Source: Azolla caroliniana (Eukaryota; Plantae; Polypodiophyta). Taken from it: a stretch of DNA of 64,000 nucleotides. The DNA is taken from positions 26,598,001-26,662,000 of the forward strand of contig JBHGNT010000001.1 of assembly GCA_043228905.1 (NCBI GenBank), read 5' to 3'. This document shows, one piece after another, positions 38,708 to 52,450 of this stretch (within the stretch, counting starts at the first letter, position 1; every line of letters begins with the position of its first letter). The notes under the pieces were generated by a model. The model was not told where the DNA came from, ran no database searches, and saw only the letters and a list, made by a program, of their open reading frames with translations. Made by a program: the position numbers and the translations under genes.

Positions 38708-39202
38708 TGTTGAGAATCAAACTCAACTTCCTTAATGTGGAAACACACCTTAAGAATAACCAAGTGTGTGAACATCCCACCACTTTGTATCATAACTAAT
38801 GTGTCATAGAAGTTCAGTTCTATGACACATAGTTACTGGGTAGTCAAGTTTCTACCTCTTTTTCAAGAGGTGGTTGTAGTGAGAGAACATAAAGAGAAAG
38901 TAACTACATAAGCACCTTCTCCTCTTCTTTGTAATGTTGTTGGTTGTTTTGTTCTCTTGTTTATACAATCTTATTGTTTTTATATACTCTCTCTCTCTTT
39001 TATCGTAATTACCTTACCCTAGTGGTAAGTTATAAACGCTACAAGCACTGCATCACATGTTCGAAACCCAATTTCCTCACCTCTCTATTATATACTTCAT
39101 ATTCTCTTAATTCACTAGAGGCCATTGTGGAATGTCGGGGTTGAACCCATGACCACCTGGTCTCCATTGGGCAACCTTACCAATTGAGCTACATCCATCT
39201 GG

Positions 39203-39274
<72 letters not shown>

Positions 39275-40366
39275 AAACATCTCTTCCGTTACACAAAATC
39301 ACACCCGCTTCTTTACATTGTATCAGAGTGATTAGTAGCTTGATCCAAGCCCATCAATGTGTGTTGTGTTTACGCCAACGTTTACGAAGAACCGGCCAAT
39401 CGTTGTAGCAACAACCCTACACAGTTCGTATCACAGAGAAAAAGAAATTTGAAGTCGACCATCATGAACACTAAGATGGGTAACTCTCTCCCCAACGAAA
39501 AGTTGTACAGAAACAACTTCACATCTTGGGAGTACAAGATGCACCAATACCTTGTCGGCCAAGGCTATTGGAGTTATATTGAGAGAACATAAGAAACGCA
39601 ACCCAACCCACACACGCCAACTACCTAGCATGGGAGCAAGTGGCAAGTCGTGTGTTGTATTGTCTTGAATCATGCATTCATGATCACATGCTCGGCTACA
39701 TCTGAGAGGCCAAAACACTAAAGGAGGCATGGAGGAACCTCAAAAAGATATTCGCGGCCAACACAACCGCACGAAAACTTCAACTCCATCAAGAGTAGAA
39801 CAATATCCAACAGAGGGATATGTCAATTGGCAGTTGCACCTTGAAGATCAATGAGTTGTGTGACTCCATTGGGTCGATCAATGTCAACATTGATGATGAT
39901 AATATGGCACAAATATGCCTCGGTGGCTTAGCACCTTCGTTCGGCGCAATAAGGTCAGTCGTCCTCGCAAGGGAGAATACTCCCTTCTTCTTCAATCCCC
40001 AGTCGATGCTACTAGTCGAAGAAAATCTCGTCCGAACAAGGAGCAATGCTCATGAAGGCCACATGCTCTATTCGAACTCGGATGGAGGACGCGAACACAG
40101 GCTCTTCGAAACATATGACATCTCACCAAGAATGGTTTCGAGACTTGACATAACCCAAACAACCCCGCTATGTGGAAACATGGGATGACACAATTCACCC
40201 CATTCAGCATGTCGGCAATGTCCCATTCAAAAAGGATGGCGAGCTAGTGTACCTCGAGAACGTCTTGCATGTTTCAACTATAACAAAGAATCTGGTCTCG
40301 GTTAGCTAGATCGTGGAGCAAGGCATGCAAGTCTGGTTCAATCACGGAGGTTGCTTCATTAAAAAG
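38708..40366 (+). mobile_element. Ty1/copia 5' part: LTR 38708-39317, PBS, decayed gag/protease
   Basis: TGTTGAGAATC...CTTTACA followed by TTGTATCAGAG (Met PBS-like). MNTKMGNSLPNEKL..WEYKMHQYLVGQGYW is paralogous to the gag near 16190. Confidence 0.88.
38998..39205 (-). mobile_element. Bipartite tRNA-like repeat, copy 4, inserted in the (CT)n tract of a copia LTR
   Basis: Complete copy with TAGCTCAATTGG and GGTTCAACCC on the minus strand and GTTCGAAACCC on the plus strand. Absent from the sister LTR at 43668-44023. Confidence 0.9.
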
Positions 40367-42810
40367 TGTAAAGAATCAGATATGATTATTGTGCAACGGA
40401 AGAGATGTGTGTAATGTGTATGTGTGAGATGAAAGAGATGAGAGGAGAAAAAACACAAGATAGATAGATGAAAGAAAAATGAAGTACTAAAGAAGAAGGT
40501 GTATTTTAACAAGGAGAATAACAAATACCAAATGTAGCATTACAAGGAGTCACAACCGACTCTCTATGAAGTACGAGAAGGTTCAATTGATGTCTGCTTC
40601 AGCTGGTATTCGGTTCAGACGATCTCCAGTGTTCGCAACGGCTGGTACCCAGTTCAGACAATATTTGGTTCTCTCTTGTACTCCCCCCTCAAGCTTGACA
40701 AGTCAGGGATCGTCAATCAAAGGTCTAACACGAATTGTCGAAGCTTGTCAACTCCTAGGGCCTTGGTGAAGATGTATGATGTCTGAAGATTCATGTTGAT
40801 GTGTTGAAGGTCAATAGCTCCGGCCTGAACGTGCTCTCGAATGAAGTGATAGTGCACTTTGATATGCGTTGTGGGTGGGTGGAACACCGGGTTCTGAGCC
40901 AGATAGATATTGCTCATGTTGCCGCAGTAAAGGGGAGTCAGATCCTTGACGGGAACACCCAAATCCTTCAAAATCCTCTTGAGCCATACGACTTCACATG
41001 CAGTCACGGTTGCGCCCCGGTATTCGGCGTCCATGCTCGAAATTGCAAAGGTAGGCTGCTTCTTACTACTCTAAGATATTGCTCCGCGACCGAACAAGAA
41101 GACAAATATGGAGGTCGATCGTTGATCGGCTCTGTATCCGGCCCAATTGGCATCTGCGTACCCTTCGAGTCGAATCGGTGTGGCTGATTCGTAGAGAATA
41201 CCACAATCCATTGTGCCGCTCACATATCGTAATGCTCGCTTAACACAATCCAAATGGACAGTTTGCATGAATTGGCTAAGGAGGCTGACCGGCTAGCTCA
41301 GGTCGGGTCAAGTGATCGTGAGGTAGATGAGACTCCCGATTAGTTGTCGATACTGAGTTGGTTCACACTCTTCCGTGCCGGAGTCAGCATCCAATTTAAG
41401 GATGTAGTGTCGTCTCGATCGAAACCGGAGTCTAAATTACCTCAATGCCAAGGAAGTAATGGAGCTCCTTCATGTCCGTCATCTCTAATTTGTTGGAGAG
41501 GAGGAACTTCACCTTGTTGATGTCGACTAAATGCTGACCTCCAATAACCAGATCATCCACGTATAGGATGATGACAATCGGGCTTCTAGAGTCGTTTCAT
41601 ACGTAGAGGGAGTTGTCGGATTTCGACATTCGAAAGCCGATTTGATGAAGATATTACGTTATATTCAAATGCCAAGTACGCGGTGCTTGCTTAAGCCCGT
41701 AGAGAGGCTTCTTGAGTTGGCAGACGGCTTTTGGATGAATGCTAGATTCAAAGTCGGGTGGTTGTACGATGTACACCTCCTCTTCTAATTCGCCTTGAAG
41801 AAAGGCGTTCTTGATGTTCATTTGGTGGGGATGTCATCCTTTCGCTGTTGCGAGTGCGATCATGGTCCGCACTGTCATCATTTTTGCCATCGGGGCAAAT
41901 GTCTCTTCGTAGTCGACTCCATGTGTCTGTGCATATCCTTTCGTTACGAGTCGAGCTTTGTAGCGGTTGACGGAGTTGTTAACATTATACTTCACCTTAT
42001 AAATCCATCTGCAGTCGATTGCCTTCTTGTGTGGTGAGTGGGGAACGAGATCCCATGTCTCGTTCTTGCACAGTGTCCACATCTCCTCATTCATTGATTC
42101 GACCCATCGTGGATCCTTGGCTACTTCTGAAAAACTTTCCAGATCTCGAACTGTCACCACCTTCATCATAAAGGCATAGTGTTATGCCATATAATCATTG
42201 TAGCTGAATCAGCTAACGGAATTCTTCTCACGGGTGGAGCGACGAAGATTTTCGTTTGCCATGGCAATGGCTTTCTTTACATCGAATGTCCTCATGATAG
42301 GTACATCGAGGCCACCAAACTCACTGTCAAGGGAGTGAGTCGACTCGTTGTCGTCGAAGTGATCGTCTTCATATTCCGGCATTTTTGCCTTGCCTTTGTC
42401 CATCTTCGAACTAGGTCGGGATGTGCTTTGGTCGCTTGAGGGCTCTTATGGCCTAGTAAGCCTTGTCGTAATCAGACTTTCTTCGAACATGTGTTCAATT
42501 CGATCTCCATCTTCTATCTCTTGTTCGGTGGATTTCGGGTGAACTGGAAATGGTTCAAGAGGATTCGGCTCGGGTTCGACCATGATGCCGATTCGTCGAA
42601 GACTACATCTCGGCTTACATGAACCTTCCGAGTACAGGGGTTATAACAATTGTACCCCTTTTGCTCCAGTGAGTATCCCACGAGGATACATTTCTCCGAC
42701 TTCGGCTCGAGTTTTTGTCGATTCTCATCGGGAATGTGCATGTATGCAATGGAGCCGAATATCCAAACATGTGATAGATCCGGCTTCTTTCCGAAAAACT
42801 TCTCGTGCGG
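40367..42810 (-). mobile_element. Ty1/copia IN-end/RT/RNase H fragment with partial 3' LTR
   Basis: KCILVGY, W..SMNEEM..NETWDLVP, RYKARLV.KGYAQTHGVDYEETFAP, YADANWAG and HYHFIRE. LTR end TGTAAAGAATC at 40367. Confidence 0.9.
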
Positions 42811-43667
42811 GAAATATGAAAAGGAAAATGAATTAGAGGTATGCTAGTTGGTTCTTCAATAACATTGCTAGACTTCATCACACAAATCTTATTTGTTCAA
42901 AATTCACTTATACAATGAATTTTGTAGCTTCATGGCTTGTAAGATTTCTTCCTCTTTACCTCACGCACACATTTCATTCATGTATAAAATAGATTTTGCC
43001 GCTTCGATTTTCCTTAAAATTCTCACAAAATTATCCCCCACTCTCATTTATTTTATATTTTATTGTCTACTTGAGCACTCTTCTTCATATGTAGACACCT
43101 AGTTTTGAAGGTGACACCATCAAGTGAATTATCATCTTTTTGTTCACAATACATATGTGGTTCACCCTTGGCTCCATCCCCTCTTCCAACAATAGTAACA
43201 CTTCTCTAAACTAGTTTAGCTAGCTTATATCCTTAGGTTGCTTGTTGGAGAATGGACGATTGTTCAAATGGTTAAGAGGGTATGGAAATGCAAAGGTCCT
43301 CAAAATTACTTTCTATCTCCACCTAATATACCAATTTCTATATCGTGGTCATTACCTTGATGAGATCAAGACTCCATTTCTAAATATGCTTTTTTGTGTT
43401 CCTTGTGTTTTGCTCAAAATTTTCCCATTGTCCATAGCCAAGGGAAATTTCTTTCTAGGGTAATTACCTACTAATATTGCCCCTGATCCAATGCATTCTA
43501 TGGAAGAGGCTTGAAATTTCTCCTTTGTGAACTTTGAAGTATCCTTATTGTCATACATCTTGTAGGATGGTACAAAATTGTTTTCCTTGAGTAGTGGTTA
43601 CTAGTGATGTGGCACAATATCAATGTAAACATTAAATACTTGTTAAATATGTAGAATACGTCAAATA

Positions 43668-44569
43668 TGTAAAGAATCGGGTGTGATTCTATGTAGCGGA
43701 AGAGATGTGTGTGTGTGTGTGTAAGAGAGAGAGAAAACATTGTGTATGTAGAAAACAATGAGACTGTATAAACGAGAGAATAAAACAACCAACAACATTA
43801 CAAAGAAGAGGAGAAGGTGCTTATGTAGTTACCTTCTGTCTATGTTCTCTCACTACAACCACCTCTTGGAAAGGAGGTGGAGACTTAACTCCCTAATAAC
43901 TATGTGTCATAGGACTTAACTTTTATGACACGTTTGTTATGATACAAAGTGGTGGGTTGTTCACACACTTGGTTATTCCTGAGTGTGTTCCCACACTAGG
44001 GAAGTTGAGTTTGATTCTCAACACACCCCTTCAAGTACAACTTCCAGTCACTAGGAAGTCAGTTTGGTGATTGCTCTATTCGACTTTCGTTCTGTTCTGT
44101 TTGACTCCGAGTCGGGTTGCGGCTCATTACTCCCCCTCAAGCTTGGCTAATCAACGGTCGAGGGTCCTAGGTTTATCGTGAACTATTGTGGCTTGTCGGT
44201 TCCCAAGGCCTTCGTGAAGATGTTGGCCATCTGTAGGTTAGTGCTGATGTGTTGCTGGTTGACATCTCTAGCCAGGACACGTTCTCGAATGAAATGGTAG
44301 TGCACCTCCGATGTGCTTAGTCTGAGCGTGAAAAATCGTGTTTTGAGCTAGGTGAATACTACTCATGTTGTCGTAGTACAAGAGGATTGGATCTTTGATG
44401 GAGACGTCCAGATCCTTGAGAATTCTCTTAAGCCTTCGCATGCAGCCATGGTTGCGCCCCTATATTTGGCTTTTGTGCTTGACAATGCGAGATCATGCGT
44501 TTTGTTGATCATACGATCGTCAACAAGGAGTGTGAATGGTGTGTCATCGGTGCACGTTTTAGATAGCAT

Positions 44570-44624
<55 letters not shown>

Positions 44625-46550
44625 AACCTTGATAACTTAAATTACTATAGGGATTAAAACTTAAATATAACTAAAATATCTAAAAATATAGTGAGAAAGG
44701 GAGAGAGGGCTATTCATTACCACTTCTTACTACTCCATGATATGGCTCTGCTACCGAGTGAGAAGACGAATACTGATGTTGATCGTCGATCAGCTTTGTA
44801 GCCGGCCCAATCGACATTTGTGTACCCTCTGAGTCAAATTGGTGTGGCCGATTTGTAGAGGATGTCGTAATTGATCGTCCCACTTACATACTTTAGTACT
44901 CGCTCAACACAGTTTAGATGGATGTCGTGAGGTGTCTGCATGAGCTGGCTAAGGACGTCGACTAGATAACTAAGGTCGAGTTGAGTAATGGTGAGGTAAA
45001 TTAGGCTTTCGACTAGCTGTCGATGGTGAGTCGGCTCACATTCTCTTGTGTAGGAGTCGGCATCTAGCTTCAAGTTTTGATTAAGAGGGGTAGTGACAGG
45101 CTTACACTCTGTCATCCTAAACTTGAAGAGCAGATTGAGGATACAGTGTTGTTGGGAGATCATGTTGTTGTGTGGAGTCCAAATTACTTATGTTCCTAGA
45201 AAGTAATGGAACTCCTTCATGTCCTTCATTTCAAATCGGTTGGAGAGTAGCTTTTTGATATGTTCGATATCTGTCTGCTCTCCTCCAATGACCAAGTCAT
45301 CCACGTATATTAAGATGAATAGTTGTTCTTTGGAGTCACTCCAGATGAATAGGGAATTGTTAGACTTGGACATTTAGAAGACAATTTGATGAAGATACTG
45401 AGTTATCTTCAAATGCCATGCTCTAGGGGTCTACTTGAGGCCATAAAGAATGTTTTTTCAATTGGGAGATTGTTGTTAGGTGTGACCTTGACTTGAAGTT
45501 GGGTGGTTGTACCATGTAAACCTCTTCATCTAATTCGCCTTGAAGAAAGACGTTCTTTACGTCCATTTGGTGGAGGTGCCACCCTTTGGCTACTACAAGC
45601 GCTATCACGGTTCAAATGACCATCATCTTTGCCACCAGGGCAAAGGTCTCTTCATAATCGACCCCATGTGTCTATGCATACCCTTTCACAACAAGTTGTG
45701 CCTTATACTGATTGACGATGTCGTCGACATTGTGCTTCACCTTGTATATCCATTGACATCCAATTGATTTCTGGTGGGGTGAAGAGGGGATGAGATCCCA
45801 TTTTTCGTTCTTGAGAGTGCTTGCATCTCCTCATTCATTGCTTGGACCCATCGTGGGTCCTTAATGGCTTTGGAAAAAATTTCCAACTCTTGAACTGATG
45901 CCACTTTCATCATAAAGGCATAACGATATGCCATGTAGTCATTGTAGTCGAACTGATTGACTACATTCTTTTTGCGGGTGGAGCGTCAGAGTTTCTCGCT
46001 TTATATTGTGAACGCTTTCTTGGCTCTAGGTGTCCTTATGATAGGAGTATCAAGGTCATTGAACTCACTATCAAGTGAGTGAGTCGATTAATTTCCGTCA
46101 GATTGATCATCTTCATATTCTAGCATTTTGGCCTTGCTTTTGTCTAGTTTTAGACTTGGCCAATATGTGCTTTGGTCGCTCGGAGGCTCATGTGGCCCAC
46201 TAAGCATAGTCGTAATCAGACTTTGTTCTGTTAGATGCCATGGTCGAAGTATTCTTTGCCTCCGTCCGATCGACGTTGTTTTGAAATTTCTGGAAGTGTG
46301 AGAACACTTCACTCTCTTGCTACATCAGATAAATCGAGGTGCGCCTGGAAAAGTCATTGATGAACATGACGTAGTATCGACATCCACTAAACGTGGCCGT
46401 TTGAGCTTAGTCCACACACATTTGAATATATTACATTCAGGACCCCTTTGCTTACGTTCCTCTCTTTTGGGAATGGTTGTCTGTGTTGCTTGTTGAATTG
46501 GCAAGCTTCATACACTCCGACAATGTCCTTCTTTGTAAAGGTCAAGAGCA
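43668..46550 (-). mobile_element. Ty1/copia fragment: 3' LTR 43668-44023, PPT, RNase H, RT and partial integrase
   Basis: Reverse AAGGGGTG|TGTTGAGAATC...TCTTTACA; HQMDVKNVFLQG, LIYVDDLVI and SWSSKK motifs. Confidence 0.9.
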
Positions 46551-46554
46551 CCAT

Positions 46555-46860
46555 TAAGTCACCTCTTTGTATTCTAGCATTTAGTATGAGTCATAGAATC
46601 ATATTCTATGACACATAAATTATGAGCTTTCACATTCCCCATGCTCCATGAGTCTTGTAGTTAATGAAGAGAGAGGGTGACTATATAAAGCACCCTCCCC
46701 CCACCTTGTATGATGTTGAGTCTTTCTCCTTTGTCAATAGACTTTTACCTTGCGTATTCTCTGTGTTTCACTCTCTCACTCTCTCTCACTCTCTCTCTTA
46801 CACACACACATAACTCACATCTCTTCCGCTTCACAAGAATCCATCTCTTGATTCTTTACA
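46555..46860 (+). mobile_element. Truncated copia LTR of the same family
   Basis: TTCTATGACACATA, TAAAGCACC, (CT)n(CA)n and CATCTCTTCCGCT...GATTCTTTACA resemble LTRs 38708 and 43668. Confidence 0.75.
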
Positions 46861-49800
46861 GATCCCATTAATAATGTTTCTAGCCTTAGAGGGAAGTTGG
46901 AATGGCTTCAACATTATCATCTCTTTTGACTTAAGTTGTTTAACAATGGCAAGGCATGATCATCTCTTTTGACTTAATGTTGCTTAACAGTGGCAAGCCC
47001 TTGTTCAAATATATCATCATCATCTCCTTTGTATTAAGGTTGCAATTGGTTGTAAGCCATCATTTTACTAGTGCATTCACCCGGTTCACATCTCACTAAC
47101 CAATATATAATTAGAATATGGTAAATGGTGAGATTAACATTAAACTAAATTAACTTTTCTTAATAAAAGTGAATCAGTATTTCAAAATCAACTACGATAG
47201 TTTTCATTTTGTCCTTAATATGAGAACTCATTGTTTTATGTTTTCCTCTAAACATTAGGACATGTGCAACTAATAAGACACTCACATTCATACATTTGGA
47301 TGATTGTGCATGATTTTATTATTATGGAATGTAAATCTAGGAAAGACTAGTGGATCAATAATGTTTTATTTAAAAGGGGGATTCTTTAAACTTGACATAT
47401 AAACAATCTTCAAAATTTTCAAGGATCAACAATACACGAATGTTCAGGCTCTTGATTTTTAGAAAATATCTCAATTTTGTCAAGATAGACCATCATGAAG
47501 TCATATAAGTCTGCTTACAAAAACATCGTCCATTAGATGTTGAAATTTGGTTAGAGTGTTGATTTTTTCCCAAACTTTAATATAAATTAATATTTTTTTG
47601 TGTAATGAGAACCATGATCAGCAACCAAAGTGAGAAATCAAGTTTGGTTGCTATACACATCCTCATTGAACAACTCTTCACCTAAAAAGACTTGGTCAAG
47701 TATGCTTTAGAGCATGTATGGGTGTAAGTGCCCACATCGATGATACTCAATTGCACAAACCCATGACGTACGTGTTTGTGCATACCCATGATGTACCAAT
47801 GGTTGCGTCAACTTGAACCTCGAGACCATTATGTTTATTTAGGCAAGATGGAAGGTAACACACTAAAGTCTAGTCTGTCAAGATAAGGATAATTAAATTT
47901 GCATTTTCTTCTTATTATGCCAAGTACATCTTGTTGCGGCATCGTTGAGAACCATTTATTCCCCATTTTTTTATAATCACTTGTTTTCGTGTCAAACATT
48001 ACCAATTAGTCAAGGACTCTTTTGGAACATTTGTCATAACTTTCCATTTCCTCTAATTATGTCACATAAATTGTCCAAATGCCTTTTTTGACGGCTTTAC
48101 ATAACTTTGTAAATACAATTATTTGTTGAATCATTTATCCATGAGATATTTTGATCGCATCATTATGAGGCATATGCCTCATCATATTCTACCCACACAT
48201 ATATCCCCAAGGCATAATAGAATTGCCACAAACAACTAGATACATCAATGCAAAGTATGGTGAAAAATATCACCTCCGTTAGTACTTGTTTCTATGTTTG
48301 AACTTAAGAACAAATAGAAAATCCAAATATTCATAACTTTCAATGACTACGCACTATTTTTTCTTGAATCTACCAAAATTATTGCAAATATGTCTATTGT
48401 TTAGGATCCAAACAAACTAATATTATTAATTTTATTTTCACCCAATGGTTGCAAATATTAAATTCCATACAAAGTTTTCATCTTATGCAATATTGTTTTT
48501 GGGGCATTCTTGACACTGTTATTTCGTTATTGATTTGAGCTAGTCTGTTCATATGCATTGCATTCATTGCCTACAAGATACCTTAGACATCACCAACACC
48601 GACCATAAACAAAAACTTATTCTCATAAAGTATTGAGTTTGACTTTATCATATCAAAAATTTAAATATATAAAGATAAATCTATATATAAAAACTTTACA
48701 ACCTTGATAGTCCGGTTTCACTTATCAATAAATGGGTTAATTATAAGATTTTATCACTTTTTATAGTTAAGTTCATGCACAATATTAGTTTGCTTCAAAA
48801 ATTGTGGCTTTAAATGAAATCAATTTCCATCACCCAATGGTTGAAAATGATATACCATTGCCTATGAAATGTTAAGAAAGAGTTTTAATTCACAAATGCT
48901 TTTCTTTTCTCATGTAACAAACATTGGAACTTTGAGGGGAAGAGGGAAGTGCCTAATATCATATGGTATGAGAGATTAAGATGATGACAATAAAGAAAAC
49001 AAAAGAGCGTTGAGAGGAGATTCTTGAATTTTGGCATAGTGAGTCTAAGATTGATGGTCACATCGTCCTTTCTCATTAGAGGTCTCCTAATCCATTTTAA
49101 ATTGTCTGTCAACAAATTGTGTGCATCCTTCTCAAAATGTTGATCCCCCTTGGTAACGAGCTCTCCTTCTTCTTTAACGGCTTTCAATTGTTCACTTACC
49201 AAATAGCAACTTCCTTCGTAGCACTTGTCCCATGTATTATCGTTGCAAAAGGTACATTCCCCTTTTTAGCTTTCTCACATTCCCCGTCCATATATCAAGT
49301 ATTGTAGGTTAGTTCGAGTCATGGGAGGGGTTCAAACAAAGTCATTAATGAAAGTTTTTTGAGATATATCCGATGAAGTAAATACACCAAAGCTTCTAGA
49401 ACACTCTAACTCGTCATCTTTCTCACCTAGGGTCATTCTCGAAGGAGCCAACCCCCCCATTGGCAATGAGCTCTCCTTCTTTCTTAGGTTTGGAAAGTTC
49501 AATTATTGAAATACTAACACTTATTTTCACAACACTTGCCCGAAATCTTTAACCGTTGCAAAAGGTACACCTTCCTTTTCGTTTTCCTCGCATATCTCAT
49601 TCATATATATTGTGTACTAGCGATTTTCTCCCTTAACACATGCTAGGGGAAAGCTCCATATAGGGGAACAATTGGGTAGCACAAGCATTGGAAAATGATT
49701 CTTCCATGTTTCTACAAACCTCGTTGAGAATATTGAGAAGGGGATGCACGTATGGGATGACGACTTGCCTTTGTGTTTGGACTACATATTCACTAGAGGA

Positions 49801-50188
49801 AGTCTCACCTTATCCCATTTACTAAGAGGGATTTGAATGTTTAGGATAACAAGGATTTGTGAGTGAAAAATGCTCTATTTTTTAGCATTAGGGGTATCCA
49901 CTGGAATTGAATGTTAGAAATGCCCAATTGATTAAATGGATGACTCACAAGTTGAGGGATAAGTTCATGTATATTGAAGTCACATGGCCATATAATGTAT
50001 GACTTAAATTTGTTCAATGTATTAAGAATCAATGATCTAATATAATGTGTTGTTGCTATATGTACCAATAAGGCTCATCACTTTGTTTTGGAACCTCTTT
50101 AATGTTTCTCGTGGAGAAATAAGGATCATGTGGGTGGCATGTTTAAATAATAATAATTTAATTTTTTTGATTTTATTTATTTATTTAT

Positions 50189-50415
50189 TTTGGAAAAAAA
50201 AAACTTTAAACATGAATTCGATACATTTTATCGAATTCATGTTGAAAAGTCAGCTTTTCGACACGAACATCGAGTTCATGTTTAAAGGTTTTTTTTTCTA
50301 TTTATTTTGGGTCTTTTTGTTTTTTTATTTTATTTTGAAGTGATGAAAAAACTAGAGTTTTCATCACAAGTCAATATAATGTATCGAATTCATGTTTAAA
50401 GTTTTTTTTTCCAAA
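50189..50415. repeat. ~40-bp inverted repeat within an AT-rich foldback/MITE-like region
   Basis: TTTGG(A)nCTTTAAACATGAATTCGATACATT versus AATGTATCGAATTCATGTTTAAAG(T)nCCAAA. Confidence 0.8.
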
Positions 50416-51399
50416 TTAAAAAAAATAATAATCTAAAATTAATTAAATTAAATCAAAACAATTTTAAACAAATTTTAAAAAATTACTTTAAATATGAACT
50501 AGGTACATTGTACTGAATTGTGGTGAAATTTTTGGTTTTTTCATCAAGTCAAGTTCGATTTTTTTATTTTTTTATTTTTTTATTTTTTAAAATTCGGGTA
50601 CATTTGAAAATGAGGAGGAAGAGCCACAATTGTATATTAGCTATAGTAGTGATTCTCATGAAAGGAATGATGATAGTGATACAAATAATCCTAAATGTAT
50701 TTTTTGTGCAACGATATATAAGAAATTTAGACAACAATTTATCGCATGAAATAAAAAAGTTGGTTGTTTTGAAATCTTTCGCTTATGATTTCGTTAGGAT
50801 CTAAAATACCAGTAGTTGTAATTTCTCCTTAAAAATACACAAAGTTACTTCTTGTATTTAGCCAAAATTTGGCATTTTTCAAATTTACCAAATGGTGAAA
50901 ATTCTAGCTTTTTCATCAAGTTTTTGAGAACATGTGATATTGGTATCAAGGTGTTTTGTGAAATGGCCAAAAAAGCCCCAAAATAAGATGAATTATTCCT
51001 TATCCTTCCATTTGTGCGCGATCCTTCCACTTGTGAACACAAACGTGTTGAGTGTACTCTCTACCCCTCCTCATGAAAATATGCTTCAACCTCCGCCAAC
51101 ATCATCACTCATCCTTATCTAAACTAAAACATATGCTTCATTGTCTGCATCAACCATTTTAGAGATTACCGGCAAAATCGTCTCGATTCCTATATGCCAC
51201 AACCACCACCTCCATTGTAACTCATGTTCTTAGCTATGTCCACTTAACATTAGTGCCAACATCCAACATGATAGGAATAGATGACCAAACTCGTTGAATT
51301 CTCCTTCTTTTTCGATTAGCTTACAATTTTTTATGTACAATAATGTATAGTAATTCTAAGACCAAAGATAGGACTTTATAGAAGGTGTTAGAATTTTCT

Positions 51400-52450
51400 G
51401 TTGCACACTGCCATGATTTACTGATATTCAAGAAAGCGTCCATGGAAGTCAATAGTGCCATTTAGGCCCTTGAGTTGACTCTATAAACAGGGGCAACATT
51501 TTCCATAAGTGAAGAAGCTTCTTCCTTCTCTTATTCACAATCTTTGGGGAACCATGCATATTGTCATACTAGCCACAAACTATTACCAACAAGTTCTACC
51601 ATATCTCAAGCAAGCCATCTAAGAGACGTTAATCTGCCGCATCATAAAGTCGATTGCATCAACATATCCATAATGCCCATAACGTTATCATAGTCATTGT
51701 TTTCCAAACATTGACAGATGACACCTGCTTTCGAGGTTGCTGAAAGGGGCTAACTAATATCAATCTTCTATTATGTACCATCATTGCCTCCTGAACATCG
51801 CCTGTCTCATACAACATCAAGTTGGAATGTAACACTCCCCACATCGCTGATACCCATGAAAATAAGCAGTCGACATTGATTGTTAAAAATAAATGAAAGG
51901 ACTTTATTCCATACTTGTTGAGCCAAGGGACGGAACTAGAGGACATGCTTGGTAGTCTCTTGAGCTTCATGGCAAAAGCCACATTGCCAATGATTGGGTA
52001 TTACATTCCCTTTCGATGAATGACCAACTGGTAATGTCGTATCCGCTAATAGCCATATGAAGAGAATAAATTTAGTTGGCCCCCTTAAATGACCAAATCC
52101 ATCTCAAGTGGGTTTTAAAATGCAAAGTTGAGACCCCCCCCCCCCCCCCCCCCCAGGTGGTCCAATGTTTCTGAGTTGTTGGTATCATTGCATTCCGAGA
52201 GAGCAGTAATGATCTTCCAAGTTTTATTGAGAGTATTGAAAGAATGGAACCTTTATGATTTGTTCCCCCGAGGAATGTGACCAAACCCAACCCCCCATAT
52301 CCCATGTTAATCTTGCAACAAGGTCTTTTGTGTGCAACCACAACCTATCACACATATGAGCAATTGAAAGATAAGGATCAAGCATCCATTTCTTTCCAGT
52401 TTTAACAACCACTCAAACTAATGCAAGTTCGCAAGTGTTGTAGGTAACTG
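51400..52450 (-). mobile_element. LINE ORF2 3' remnant (zf-RVT)
   Basis: Minus strand reads WQCGFCHEAQETTKHVL*..LAQQVWNK, a CxxC...E...H...A..VW zinc-finger pattern. Boundaries are approximate. Confidence 0.6.

Noticed and set aside
47850-48400. Possible decayed transposase on the minus strand
   Set aside because: No continuous frame or diagnostic catalytic motif could be read.
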